Shown here: positions 9,852 through 19,807 of the stretch, one piece after another | How positions within the stretch are numbered: position 1 is the stretch's first letter | Layout: each line of letters starts with the position of its first letter | Source: a virus | DNA length: 64,000 bases | Virus record (IMG/VR): IMGVR_UViG_3300050120_000169 | Coordinates: 16,088-80,087 of that record | Reading direction: 5' to 3' (one strand) | Position numbers and translations under genes: made by a program | The notes under the pieces: generated by a model | Told to the model about the DNA's origin: nothing | What the model saw: the letters and a program-made list of their open reading frames with translations, nothing else | The model's database searches: none

Positions 9852-10607
9852 GTGACCATTGAACTGAAGAACCCGCTGTTCAAATCGATCCCAGCGGCGA
9901 TTCATAAGCGAGTAGTGAATGCTTTCCAGTTGACAGGGAAGGCGCTCCCTTGCCACGTCACTGCTGTGAATGCTGCACCGAGTGGGGTGCTGATTACCGT
10001 GCAGTTCGATGTCAGTGATATCCACAATTTGCCACAGATTACGATTCCCCTGTTTGGGCCTGAGTACATTCGTTACCCGATCAAGGCAACTGATCTGGGT
10101 GTGGTTATGCCGGTAGATGCTAGTGTGGCTTACACCAGCGGGCAGAGTAGTGGTATTTCTGATTTGAGTGACCCGGCCAACCTTGAGGCGCTGTATTTCA
10201 TGCCGATTGGTAATAAGAACTGGGTATCAGTAGACCCTGATCAGGTGACGATTTATGCCCCCAATGGTGCGACAATACGCGACACGAACAGTGGTGCGGT
10301 CATTGTGTTGCACCCCACGGAGATAACGATTACTGTAGGGTCCAGTAGCTGGGCGATGAACAGTACTAGCGTGACTGTGACTACCACACACTACGTAGTC
10401 AATGCCTCAGCCGATGCCACGATCACCGCGCCACAGATTGTGTTGGATGGTCAGATGACGCAGGGCACCAGTGGCGCGGGCTACCCGGCGACCTTGCAGG
10501 GTCCGGTTACTGTGGTTCACGAGGTTACAGCCGCAAGTATCCCGCTCAGCACTCACTTGCACAGCGATGCTGGTGGCACGGGCGATTCTGGTCCGCCTAT
10601 CCCATAA
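9852..10607 (+). CDS. baseplate central spike protein
   Basis: Beta-repeat C-terminus ending in the HxH metal-binding tip (THLHS...SGPP). Confidence 0.75.
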   Translation: MTIELKNPLFKSIPAAIHKRVVNAFQLTGKALPCHVTAVNAAPSGVLITVQFDVSDIHNLPQITIPLFGPEYIRYPIKATDLGVVMPVDASVAYTSGQSSGISDLSDPANLEALYFMPIGNKNWVSVDPDQVTIYAPNGATIRDTNSGAVIVLHPTEITITVGSSSWAMNSTSVTVTTTHYVVNASADATITAPQIVLDGQMTQGTSGAGYPATLQGPVTVVHEVTAASIPLSTHLHSDAGGTGDSGPPIP

Positions 10608-10617
10608 GGAGCATGAA

Positions 10618-10959
10618 ATGCGGGTCTACGGAAGAATTTACAACGGGGGTGTGCCGCAATGGGTTGTGGTGGAAACTGACGCCGCAGGGAATAGCGAGTA
10701 CGTGTACGTGACGTGGCTTATTCAGGTGTTGAAGCTGTGCCTGGGTGAAAGCCCGTTCTACGCGAATTATGGTATCCCGGCTGTGCCTTCAGTTGTGCAG
10801 CAGATCTTCCCAGATTTTTATGTGGCCCAGGTGCAGCAGCAATTTCAGCAGTATTTCGCGTCGCTGATCATTAGCAAGGTGCCGAGCCTCACACCCACGT
10901 ACAACGTGAATATTCTGATGTTCAATGGAACTGTATTTTCCGCAACTATCGCGGGGTAG
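10618..10959 (+). CDS. baseplate wedge/sheath initiator (gp25-like)
   Basis: LGESPFYANYGIP motif; lies between spike and baseplate J genes; AAGGAG RBS. Confidence 0.65.
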   Translation: MRVYGRIYNGGVPQWVVVETDAAGNSEYVYVTWLIQVLKLCLGESPFYANYGIPAVPSVVQQIFPDFYVAQVQQQFQQYFASLIISKVPSLTPTYNVNILMFNGTVFSATIAG

Positions 10960-10961
10960 AC

Positions 10962-11585
10962 ATGTTTTATACCTATTTACACCTGACTACTGATGGAAAA
11001 CCTTTTTATATCGGAAAAGGGTGTGGTCATCGAGCTTGGTCGAAAGCGAATCGCAATAACCATTGGCAACGTACTGTTGAGAAATACGGCTTACAAGTAG
11101 TAGTTTTAGCTGAATGGGCAACAGAAGAAGAAGCTTTTGAGCACGAAAAAGTCCTAATTGCGTGTTTCCGTGACATGGGCCACAAATTGGTGAACCGCAC
11201 TGACGGGGGTGGCGGTGTATCTGGATTAGTGATGACTGCTGAGTGGAAGCAGAAAAAACGAGAATTTCGTACAGGCAAAAAACACTCGGTTGAAACTCGA
11301 AAAAAGATAGCAGAGGCTAATAGATTAAGAGTAAAGAAACCAGAAAGTATTGAAAAACAGCGGACAAAAATTATTGGTCGAAAAGCAACTATTGAGCAGC
11401 GTCTTAAGCAGTCCTTAGCGGCGAAAGGGAAGAAAAAGCCAGATGGTTTTGGTGAAAAAATACGTCAAGCAAGAACTGGAGTGCCTAGAACCCCAGAAAC
11501 TATTGAGCGTATGCGACAAGGGGCGCTGGCAACAGCCAAGAGAAAACGTAACGGCACGGTATTCCAGGCGACGATTGCTGGTTGA
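10962..11585 (+). mobile_element. free-standing GIY-YIG homing endonuclease with NUMOD3-like repeats
   Basis: FYTY...FYIGKG...R...E...N motifs; GKKHSVETRKKI repeat; more AT-rich than its neighbours. Confidence 0.85.
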
Positions 11586-11637
11586 CCAGCACCCGTAAAT
11601 GTTAAACTGTGCGCAGATAAAGAATTAGGTGGAATGA

Positions 11638-13053
11638 ATGTCGACCATCCCGATTATCATGACAACCACGGGTGTGCAGCCGCAGAGTCCGGCTTCACTG
11701 CTCCAGCAGTTGCTTGCGAATGTGGCGGCGACTAACCCCGGCTATACGGCGAATCTTCCAGGCACTCTTATAGAAGACATCAGTTCGACTGACGTGGGCG
11801 CGCTCGCGTTGTGCGATGCGGCCTTTGTCGAGCTTGTGAATAGCATCACCCCTGGCAGTGCCAACGCTTTCATCTTGAATCAGCTTGGTCAGCAGTTTGG
11901 GGTTCCCCAAGGTATGGGGTATAACACGAATGTGAATGTGGTTTTCACCGGCCCAGCAGGCTTCGTGATATCCCAAGGTTTTATCGTCAGTGATGGCGTC
12001 TATCAGTACGTGGTACAAAACCCTGCCATTATTCCCACGAGTGGATCCACTGGGTCGGTCTATTGCCTAGCCCAGCTTTCTGGTACTTGGGCAGTTCCTG
12101 CCGACACGGTGAATGTGATTATCAGCAGTGTGCCGAGCGGTATCACTGTAACCGTGACCAACCCCATTGCGGGAATTCCAGGGAACGGTACGGAGACCAC
12201 GGCGGCTTATCAAGCTCGTGTGGTGCAGGCAGGTTTAAGCACTTGCCAGGGCATGACCACGACCTTGCGCAACGCCCTGCAAGCTGTTAGTGGCGTGCAA
12301 CCGAACTTAGTGTCTGTGCTACAAAAGACAGGGCAGTGGGAGATTATTTGTGGCGGCGGGGATCCATACGAGGTGGCGTTCGCTATCTTTACCGGCCTAG
12401 GCGACATTTCCAACCTGATCGGTAGCACGCTGAGTGTGGCAAGTATCACGAAAGCCAACCCTGGCGTGGTAACTACCAACCAAAACCACGGCTTCACTAC
12501 TGGGCAGGTAATACATATTACCGGCATTGTCGGTATGACCGCGCTTAATGGGGTAGCACTGACGATCACGGTAACGGGCCTGGAATCCTTCACCATCGGG
12601 GTAGATACCACGAGTTACGCGACTTATGTAAGTGGCGGGGTAATTCTGCCCAATCCGCGCAATATTTCAGTCAGTATCAACGATTACCCAGACACGTATG
12701 TAATTCCATTTGTGAATCCTCCACAGCAAGTGGTGGGAATTACCGCGACGTGGAACACCATCAGCACCAACTACATCAGTCCTGCGGCTATTTCGAGCTA
12801 CGCGCAACCACCGATGATTGCTTATGTGAATGCGATCACTGTGGGTCAGCCGTTGAACTTGCTTGACTTGCAGGGCATCTTTCAGACAGCCGTTGCCCCG
12901 ATCCTGCCCGCGTCGCTGCTAATCAGTTTGACTTTTGTTGTGACCATTGACAGTGTTGTGACTGCGCCAGAATCTGGCACCCAAATTATTGTTGGCGACC
13001 CAGAATCGTACTTCTTTACGACTGCCGCTGACATTTCGATTGTCCAGCTATGA
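11638..13053 (+). CDS. baseplate J-like wedge protein
   Basis: 471 aa; G...ETTAAYQARV motif; synteny. Confidence 0.8.
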   Translation: MSTIPIIMTTTGVQPQSPASLLQQLLANVAATNPGYTANLPGTLIEDISSTDVGALALCDAAFVELVNSITPGSANAFILNQLGQQFGVPQGMGYNTNVNVVFTGPAGFVISQGFIVSDGVYQYVVQNPAIIPTSGSTGSVYCLAQLSGTWAVPADTVNVIISSVPSGITVTVTNPIAGIPGNGTETTAAYQARVVQAGLSTCQGMTTTLRNALQAVSGVQPNLVSVLQKTGQWEIICGGGDPYEVAFAIFTGLGDISNLIGSTLSVASITKANPGVVTTNQNHGFTTGQVIHITGIVGMTALNGVALTITVTGLESFTIGVDTTSYATYVSGGVILPNPRNISVSINDYPDTYVIPFVNPPQQVVGITATWNTISTNYISPAAISSYAQPPMIAYVNAITVGQPLNLLDLQGIFQTAVAPILPASLLISLTFVVTIDSVVTAPESGTQIIVGDPESYFFTTAADISIVQL

Positions 13054-13781
13054 GTACGCCTACTGTAGATAGCACTTACGTTGTAGACGGGTACTGGGTA
13101 GACGGGTACACGGTTGATGTTCCTATTACCGAAACCGTTAATAATCCAGTTACCGTGCAGACGGTGATCCCGAGCTATCTGTATTGGGAGTACAACGATG
13201 ATGTGGACTTGCAGGCATTTGTAGCGAGCTATAACTCGATTGCCCAGCAGATTTTGAACACGTTTAACCAGTTGAACTTGCCGGTGTACGCGGGAAACAA
13301 TCTGATTGTTGGCGCGTTGTTGAATTGGGTAGCTTTGGGTATCTACGGGGTGCCCCGGCCTATTTTGTCGAGTGGGAGTGTTTCCGCTGTCGGTACGTAC
13401 AACAGCTATTCGTACAATCAGGCTATTGTTCCTTACGACGATCTGGAATCACTGGGCACTATTACTCAGATTGTGACGAGCGACGATGTGTTCAAGCGCA
13501 TCCTGACGTGGAACTTGTATCGAGGGGATGGGAAGATTTTCAGTATCACTTGGTTGAAACGCCGGGTACTTCGGTTCTTGAACGGCCTTAATGGCACGGA
13601 TCCGGGTATAGATCAAACCTACCTCGTTAGCGTAACATTCAGTAGTGGCACGTTTGAGATTAATCTCGCGGACTATGTGGCGTCTCAGCCTAGTTCGTTG
13701 ATGCCTGCAACACTCCAAGCGGCTATGAAGTCGGGGGTGTTGAATGTGCCGTTTCAGTATTCTTTTGTGGTTAATCTATAA
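13050..13781 (+). CDS. baseplate wedge protein (gpI-like)
   Basis: Follows baseplate J; LNWVALGIYG and SDDVFKRIL motifs. Confidence 0.65.
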   Translation: MSTPTVDSTYVVDGYWVDGYTVDVPITETVNNPVTVQTVIPSYLYWEYNDDVDLQAFVASYNSIAQQILNTFNQLNLPVYAGNNLIVGALLNWVALGIYGVPRPILSSGSVSAVGTYNSYSYNQAIVPYDDLESLGTITQIVTSDDVFKRILTWNLYRGDGKIFSITWLKRRVLRFLNGLNGTDPGIDQTYLVSVTFSSGTFEINLADYVASQPSSLMPATLQAAMKSGVLNVPFQYSFVVNL

Positions 13782-13800
13782 GAACCACTGGGGTTAAAAC

Positions 13801-15216
13801 ATGGCTGCACTTATCGAGATCTATGCCAATAATGCCGCTACCACGCTTGCGGCGGGCATCAGTAGCACAGCCACGTCGTTGACGGTGTTGAGCGGCTCAG
13901 GCACGCCTTTTCCTAACCCAGGAGCGAATCAGTTTTTCCGTTTCACCTTGAATGACGCCCTCACTGGCTTGGAATACGAGATCATTTATTGCACGGCCCG
14001 ATCTGGAGACACGTTCAGTGGGTTGCTGCGTGGACAGGAAGGCACGACTGCACTCGCGTGGCTGTCGGCTGATAAGGTGTTTGAGGGTGTGACGGCTGGA
14101 GCCATGGCGAACCTGACGCAGGTTGAAGAAGTTCAACAGAACCTTTTCAATTACGCGACGGATACCGGGGCGGCAAATGCCTATAACATCGCATTCTCAC
14201 CCAGCCTGCAAACCCCCGTCCCAGGTGCGGTGCTTTACTGGATCGCGGCTAATCCCAACACCACGGCAAGCACGGTTATTGTGAATGGCAGTAGTGCTTA
14301 CCCGCTGCTTGGTCAGGGTCGTGCGGCCATGCAGGGAGGCGAAATTAAGTCGTTTTGTGCCATGACTTATGATGCGGCGCTGAGTAGTTACGTGCTGCTG
14401 TCGTCTACTGGGGGTGCTGTACAAGGTGTTCCTACCGTCACCAAGAGTGCTCAGCATCTAACGCTTGGGCAGGCGCAGGCGCAGTTTGCGGCCCTTAACG
14501 GTAACGCAGGTCAGGCTTTTGCAGCCGCCTCGCTGGCTAGTTCGGTGCTTTCCACTGGTAGTGGCACAACGTTGTTGTTGGAAAGTAATACAGCCATTGC
14601 GGCAGTGAATGTGGGCAACACCGCTTATGTGCCGATGTATGTAGGGGCACCCACGACGGGGAATTCTGCGGTCAACCTGACCTATGCCGGTGCAACTTAC
14701 GCGGCAATTAACGGCAGTACTTCCCAGGCATTTTCAGCCAGCAACTTAACTCTCTCGGCTGGCTTGTTGACTAGCACCGCTGGTGCTTTGCAACTTAGAA
14801 ATAACACTCTAGTCGGTTGTTACAACGTGGCTGGTAGCGCTTTCGTGCCCCTGGCTTGCGCCCCGGCGCAAAATGGTAATGAGGTTGTAACTCTTGGGCA
14901 ACTGCAAAACCCCTTGGTGGCTGCGTCTAATGCCTACGGGGTAAATACTTACGTGGGGTGCTCAGTAGCATTTACGGCCCCAGGTCCAGGTTTGTTAATA
15001 GCCTGGGGGTCTCGAAACGATTCAGCGCAAGACGCATCTTCGTACCCAGGCTATTTGTACATAAATGGTAGTGCGTACGCCAGTGATGACACGCTAATGA
15101 CCATGACCCATATGGAAGGTATTTATACGGCTGGTGGTTACAGCAGCGCGGAGTATTACGCTGGAGGCCAATCCTTCACTGTGTGGGTGTGCCTGATTTT
15201 CATCCCCTACGTCTAA
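13801..15216 (+). CDS. tail fibre protein
   Basis: RGQEGT motif; DTGAANAY repeat; Ala/Gly/Ser-rich. Confidence 0.7.
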   Translation: MAALIEIYANNAATTLAAGISSTATSLTVLSGSGTPFPNPGANQFFRFTLNDALTGLEYEIIYCTARSGDTFSGLLRGQEGTTALAWLSADKVFEGVTAGAMANLTQVEEVQQNLFNYATDTGAANAYNIAFSPSLQTPVPGAVLYWIAANPNTTASTVIVNGSSAYPLLGQGRAAMQGGEIKSFCAMTYDAALSSYVLLSSTGGAVQGVPTVTKSAQHLTLGQAQAQFAALNGNAGQAFAAASLASSVLSTGSGTTLLLESNTAIAAVNVGNTAYVPMYVGAPTTGNSAVNLTYAGATYAAINGSTSQAFSASNLTLSAGLLTSTAGALQLRNNTLVGCYNVAGSAFVPLACAPAQNGNEVVTLGQLQNPLVAASNAYGVNTYVGCSVAFTAPGPGLLIAWGSRNDSAQDASSYPGYLYINGSAYASDDTLMTMTHMEGIYTAGGYSSAEYYAGGQSFTVWVCLIFIPYV

Positions 15217-15228
15217 TAGGCACAGAAA

Positions 15229-15750
15229 ATGACTGCAATCTATTACGTTGTACCAGACGGCAAGGGAGGAATTCGTAGCGGTGGTCATTCCCCCGATGGC
15301 ACCTTGCACCCCACAGTGCCCGTGATCGTCTGTACGAAAGAAATTTCTCAGAATTTTATGGGTTACACGGAGGCTAACGGAGTACTCGTGCCTCCCCCTG
15401 CTGAATACGTGCAGGCTCAAGCGGCCAAGAAAACGGCGGATACGGCTCTGTCAGCCGGTATTACCGTAACCAGTACGACTCAGCCGCTAATCGACGGGGT
15501 GTATTCCTTGTCGCAAAGCGCTCGAAACAATATCAATTCGATTGAGAATTTCATCCTCAAACACGGCAAGTTTCCCGGTACTGCTAGTGTTTTGAATTAC
15601 CCGGATAAGCTAGGGGTTATGCACGCCTTTTACGAGGTGCAGACTTTTAGTGATTTCGCCACGGCGATAACCAACTACGTCACAGATCTGAATTCCTACG
15701 CACACGGGTTTATCCCCGCTCTGCCTGAATCCACTGTGGTTATCGCCTGA
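15229..15750 (+). CDS. tail fibre assembly/chaperone-like protein
   Basis: Directly follows the fibre gene; 173 aa. Confidence 0.5.
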   Translation: MTAIYYVVPDGKGGIRSGGHSPDGTLHPTVPVIVCTKEISQNFMGYTEANGVLVPPPAEYVQAQAAKKTADTALSAGITVTSTTQPLIDGVYSLSQSARNNINSIENFILKHGKFPGTASVLNYPDKLGVMHAFYEVQTFSDFATAITNYVTDLNSYAHGFIPALPESTVVIA

Positions 15751-15764
15751 GCACGGAGTACGAC

Positions 15765-16034
15765 ATGACCGTAACTGTATATCTTCGTGCCAATCAGTCT
15801 GCTGCGCTTTCTTGGTCGCAGGTGGACGGCAACTTCACGGCCTTGGCGACACAAGTTAATACCAATACCGCAGATATTGCGGCTTTGGGTGGTGCGCAGG
15901 GTGGACCTACAAGCAGCCGCCCGTCTGTACCAACGCTGTATCAGTACTATGTAGATACCACTTTGGGATACCCAGTATGGTGTACCGTGGTAAGTCCCCC
16001 CACTTGGGTCAACGCAGCAGGAGTCGCGTCGTGA
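15765..16034 (+). CDS. small fibre/spike adaptor-like protein
   Basis: LSWSQVDGNF and GPTSSRP...DTTLG...WVNAAG motifs common in fibre-associated proteins. Confidence 0.5.
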   Translation: MTVTVYLRANQSAALSWSQVDGNFTALATQVNTNTADIAALGGAQGGPTSSRPSVPTLYQYYVDTTLGYPVWCTVVSPPTWVNAAGVAS

Positions 16035-18340
16035 TTATCAAAAACATCAAGAAATTCATCACCTTACTGTGGCTGTTTCCGCAATTGATTGCGGGTACGG
16101 CGATGGCTCAGACTTACCATGTGCAGAACTTGGTAGTTGGCGGCACCAGTACTTTTGCCACTCGCCCGGTGTTCAACAGCAACACGCCTTATGACACGGG
16201 TAACTTGACCATCGGCAATTATGCGACGCTGGCGAGTCCGACCTTCACCGGAACACCCGTTGTGCCCGGGTATCTGACTACCGGCACCGCAGTCAGCACC
16301 TATGCTCCAATCAATGCCCCGACCTTCACAGGCGTAGGCACGATTCCGAGTGGGTGGTCGATTGCCGGTTACTTGACTAGCTCGACAGCGGCCAGTACTT
16401 ACGCCCCCCTCAGCACCCCAACCTTCACCGGTACGGTGACGGCCACTACCTTTGCAGGAGCAGGTACGAGTTTGACGGGTACGGCAGCATCGTTGAATAT
16501 TGGCGGCAATGCTGCAACAGCGACGAGCGCCACGACCGCAACTAAGATTGCGTCCGGTGCAGCGAACCAGATCTTGTACCAGTCTGGAGCGGGTGTTACC
16601 GCGTTTTTAACCGCCCCGACCAGTGCCAGTACTTACCTCGAATGGAATGGCACGGCCTTTACCTGGGGTGCAGGAGGCGGCGGTGGGGGGAGCGGTACAG
16701 TTACGAGTGTGGCTATCAGTGGAGGCACCACGGGCCTAACGTGGACTGGTAGCCCCATTACCACGAGTGGCACCTTTACCCTTGCCGGTTTGCTTGTACC
16801 CGCCAACGGCGGCACGGGCGTAGCAAGTCCTACTGCACACGGTGTTCTGGTAGCTGAGGGTTCCTCGGCTATGACTACGGCTACCATCGGTACAGCAGGT
16901 AATACGATTGTTGACCAAGGCAGTGGCGCAGATCCTAAATTCCAGTCCAGTGGTCAGATTATTCTGACTGGTGCGGACCCTACCGGGGTGGCTGACAGCA
17001 CCACGGCGATTCAAAATGCTGTTACCACGGCTGTCGTAAATGGTGAGAAGCTTTCGATCCCCCCGGGCACGTACAAGATTAGTGCGGCAATTTCCGTACC
17101 GTTTGGTACTGGCTACAGTATTTCAGGCAACAGTCGTGGTGGTACGATCATCAGTCAGACAGCGGCGAACACGGCCATTTTCAATCTTGCCAGCGGTAGC
17201 GGAGGGGTGGGCGGTCATTCCTTTGCCTTCACTGATATGACTTTGCAGTGGGCGAGCGCCCCGACGATTAGCCAAGCGCACTCGATTGGGATCAGTTTTA
17301 ACAACAGCGCTGAATCCTTCTACGACTTCCAGATCCAGCGACTGACCTGTACCAACGGTTACGAGTGCGTGGGCATCGACAACGCGACTGACACCACAGT
17401 ATGGGGAGTGTCAATGCGCGATATCGTGGTTGGTAACACTGCCTGTAGCGCGATTGACTTCAGCGAAGGCGGCACCGGCCAACCAAGTATCTCGATTGAT
17501 GGTGTGTACGCCACGGCCAGCAACATGGACGTGAGTTGCCCAGTTATCAACGTGGCAAACAATGACAGCGGGTGGTTTAACCACATCGAAGTCAATGCCG
17601 TGCCACACGGAAACACCGTGCTCTATGCTACCGGCCAGTTTGCGATTGGCACGATCAAGATCGAGCAGGGCACATACACCAACGGTCAGTATATTTACCG
17701 GTTCATCAATGCCCACGTCACGGCTAATAACCTGTTGGCAGAAGATTTGACCATCAGTGCCAGCGGTAGCGAAGTGTATGGCCTGGATATCAACGGCGGC
17801 GGGGGTGGCACTACGGCCACCATCGGTAACTACAATCTGACGTTTGCGATCGGCATTACCGGATCCTTTTATCTGGTCAACAGCGGCACAGCCCCGACCT
17901 TTACTGCCCGGTTCCTGAATCAGCCGAACGGGTTGATTGGTACGGCCAACGCGTTTTTGACCCAAGTGCCTGCCAGCGCCAGCGCGGACGGGGTATCTGT
18001 GGATGATTGGCAACAAAAGCGAATGACTGCCGATACTGGTGATGCCAGCACCACCTATGCAATTGGTAATCCGAACATGATTTTGTACAACACGCCCCTA
18101 ACTGCGGGTCGTACGGTCGAGTTCACTGATCCGTCTAACAGCATTACTGACACCAACCTGTATAATGGTGCCGAAGTGTGTGTGGTACGGACTGCTGCGG
18201 CTACGGGGGCATCGGTGATTACTGTAGAGCAGTTTCAGGCTGGTGCGATTGGCACCACGATTGCGGCGGGACAGTCTGAGTGCTTTATGTGGAAACGTTC
18301 GGTCACTAACTGGGTAGAGGTGAGCAAAAGCAGCCTGTAA
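16031..18340 (+). CDS. tailspike/depolymerase-like protein (pectate-lyase-type beta-helix) with a signal-peptide-like N-terminus
   Basis: GADPTGVADSTTAIQNA...IPPGTY motif; (A/S)PTFTG repeats; GTG start overlaps the upstream stop and follows AGGAG. Confidence 0.7.
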   Translation: MIIKNIKKFITLLWLFPQLIAGTAMAQTYHVQNLVVGGTSTFATRPVFNSNTPYDTGNLTIGNYATLASPTFTGTPVVPGYLTTGTAVSTYAPINAPTFTGVGTIPSGWSIAGYLTSSTAASTYAPLSTPTFTGTVTATTFAGAGTSLTGTAASLNIGGNAATATSATTATKIASGAANQILYQSGAGVTAFLTAPTSASTYLEWNGTAFTWGAGGGGGGSGTVTSVAISGGTTGLTWTGSPITTSGTFTLAGLLVPANGGTGVASPTAHGVLVAEGSSAMTTATIGTAGNTIVDQGSGADPKFQSSGQIILTGADPTGVADSTTAIQNAVTTAVVNGEKLSIPPGTYKISAAISVPFGTGYSISGNSRGGTIISQTAANTAIFNLASGSGGVGGHSFAFTDMTLQWASAPTISQAHSIGISFNNSAESFYDFQIQRLTCTNGYECVGIDNATDTTVWGVSMRDIVVGNTACSAIDFSEGGTGQPSISIDGVYATASNMDVSCPVINVANNDSGWFNHIEVNAVPHGNTVLYATGQFAIGTIKIEQGTYTNGQYIYRFINAHVTANNLLAEDLTISASGSEVYGLDINGGGGGTTATIGNYNLTFAIGITGSFYLVNSGTAPTFTARFLNQPNGLIGTANAFLTQVPASASADGVSVDDWQQKRMTADTGDASTTYAIGNPNMILYNTPLTAGRTVEFTDPSNSITDTNLYNGAEVCVVRTAAATGASVITVEQFQAGAIGTTIAAGQSECFMWKRSVTNWVEVSKSSL

Positions 18341-18372
18341 TTGGGGATATGTAACTAGTGCTGGGGATTACC

Positions 18373-18567
18373 ATGCCTGAGTACCCACGAAGCGACAAAG
18401 AGCGCATTGCGGCTTTGGAAAAGGATAACGAGAACATCCATATCAACATGGGGTCTTTCGTTACCCGGGATGAGTTCACCTCAGTTAAACTGATCGCGTA
18501 TGGCTTCGTCGCAATCGTATTGTCCTCGGTCTTGATCTCAATCATGGGGAGGTTCGTTTTTAAATGA
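18373..18567 (+). CDS. putative holin (one C-terminal TM helix)
   Basis: Coiled-coil start RIAALEK followed by a hydrophobic segment; upstream of the endolysin. Confidence 0.5.
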   Translation: MPEYPRSDKERIAALEKDNENIHINMGSFVTRDEFTSVKLIAYGFVAIVLSSVLISIMGRFVFK

Positions 18568-18722
18568 AACAACTTCTAAAAGAATGCCGTGAGTGCTGGT
18601 TGGTTACCAGTTTCATAACCGTCTTGTTTATCGCAAACGGGGTCAACATGTGGGTTTCGGTTTCAACGAGCCACGATCCCAGCCTACCGGTGATACTGCG
18701 ATTGCTCGACATCTTTCGATAA
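18564..18722 (+). CDS. small membrane protein (52 aa; not in the ORF track)
   Basis: MKQLLKECRECWLVTSFITVLFIANGVNMWV...; ATGA overlap with the upstream gene. Confidence 0.45.
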   Translation: MKQLLKECRECWLVTSFITVLFIANGVNMWVSVSTSHDPSLPVILRLLDIFR

Positions 18723-18731
18723 GGTGCCATC

Positions 18732-19031
18732 ATGACCGAGAAAACAATAATCTACAAAACACCCTGCGTTTGGCTGTGGGTTTCGCTGATTCTGTTCTCG
18801 GGCATCTGTGGTGGCATAACCGGCTTGTACACGGGTGTGCATGTGGCCGAGCAAACGCAGCAGACGAAGGTAGAAGTCAAGACTAATCAGATACTAGACA
18901 AAGTTGCGAGTAAATTAGACTCCAGCAAGTTGGAGCCAAAGAGAGTGGATTGCGTTAGACCTCCTGCCGCCCCGGCCCCCGCTGACAAGCCGAGTTGGTT
19001 CCACTGGTGGAATGGCAGCAACAAGCACTAG
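18732..19031 (+). CDS. membrane protein in lysis cluster (possible spanin-like)
   Basis: N-terminal TM segment, then a helical region and a Pro-rich tail. Confidence 0.4.
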   Translation: MTEKTIIYKTPCVWLWVSLILFSGICGGITGLYTGVHVAEQTQQTKVEVKTNQILDKVASKLDSSKLEPKRVDCVRPPAAPAPADKPSWFHWWNGSNKH

Positions 19032-19055
19032 CCGCAATCAATTGCGGAGAAAATC

Positions 19056-19709
19056 GTGACGTTCGCCCAGTACGAGATAGACTTTATCAACAGCCTGCAA
19101 ATGGCCGCCCAAACCAGCATGGAAATGACCGGTGTTCCTGCGTCGTTTGTCATTGCTGAGGGTGCGCTTGAATCCAACTGGGGGCGCAGCGGGTTGGTGG
19201 CGGAGGCCATGAATATCTTTGGTGTGAAGGCCGATGTCAGTTGGACCGGCCCGGTGTACATCATGCGCACGCGTGAGTGCATTCAGGGCAAGTGGGTGAT
19301 TCAGGAAGCCCGCTGGCGCAAGTACAGCAGTTGGCTGGATTCCATTACCGATCATGCCCAGTTCTTTTTACAGAACCCCCGGTACAAGCCAGCATTGCTA
19401 TGTCAGACCGGGCCTGCTTTCGCGGTGGCAGCGGCTAAAGCAGGGTATGCTACGGATCCTGACTACGCGGCAAAGATCACTGAAATCATTACCGAGCACG
19501 GCCTACAGACTCTGGATAATGTGACGTTGCTCAAGCCAGGAGTTACCCAAGTGGCCCCGGCTCCTACCCCTGCCGTAGTAGTGCCTGTGGCCCCACCAGC
19601 ACCGCCCCTAGCCTTGGTTGCTGCTACGCCTGTAGCTGCCCCACTAGCTCACCCCGGCCCGACCGTGCCGCCATTTAGCTTCTTAGAATGGTTTAAAAAT
19701 CTGTTTTGA
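19056..19709 (+). CDS. endolysin, glucosaminidase (GH73/FlgJ-like)
   Basis: ALESNWG, NIFGVKA and GYATDPDY motifs. Confidence 0.85.
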   Translation: MTFAQYEIDFINSLQMAAQTSMEMTGVPASFVIAEGALESNWGRSGLVAEAMNIFGVKADVSWTGPVYIMRTRECIQGKWVIQEARWRKYSSWLDSITDHAQFFLQNPRYKPALLCQTGPAFAVAAAKAGYATDPDYAAKITEIITEHGLQTLDNVTLLKPGVTQVAPAPTPAVVVPVAPPAPPLALVAATPVAAPLAHPGPTVPPFSFLEWFKNLF

Positions 19710-19714
19710 GTCCT

Positions 19715-19742
19715 TTGACAAATCCGGTATTGGTGCTATAGT
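19715..19742 (+). promoter_or_regulatory. sigma70-like promoter
   Basis: TTGACA-N16-TATAGT. Confidence 0.75.
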
Positions 19743-19749
19743 ACGGACA

Positions 19750-19807
19750 TGCGGTGGGCTTCCAAAACCTGAAATTCACGGGCAGTGCGGCCCTGACACC
19801 GCACCCA
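19750..19807 (+). ncRNA. 58-nt tRNA-like minihelix RNA ending in CCA
   Basis: TGCGGTG/CACCGCA 7-bp stem + C + CCA; starts at the predicted TSS. Confidence 0.4.
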
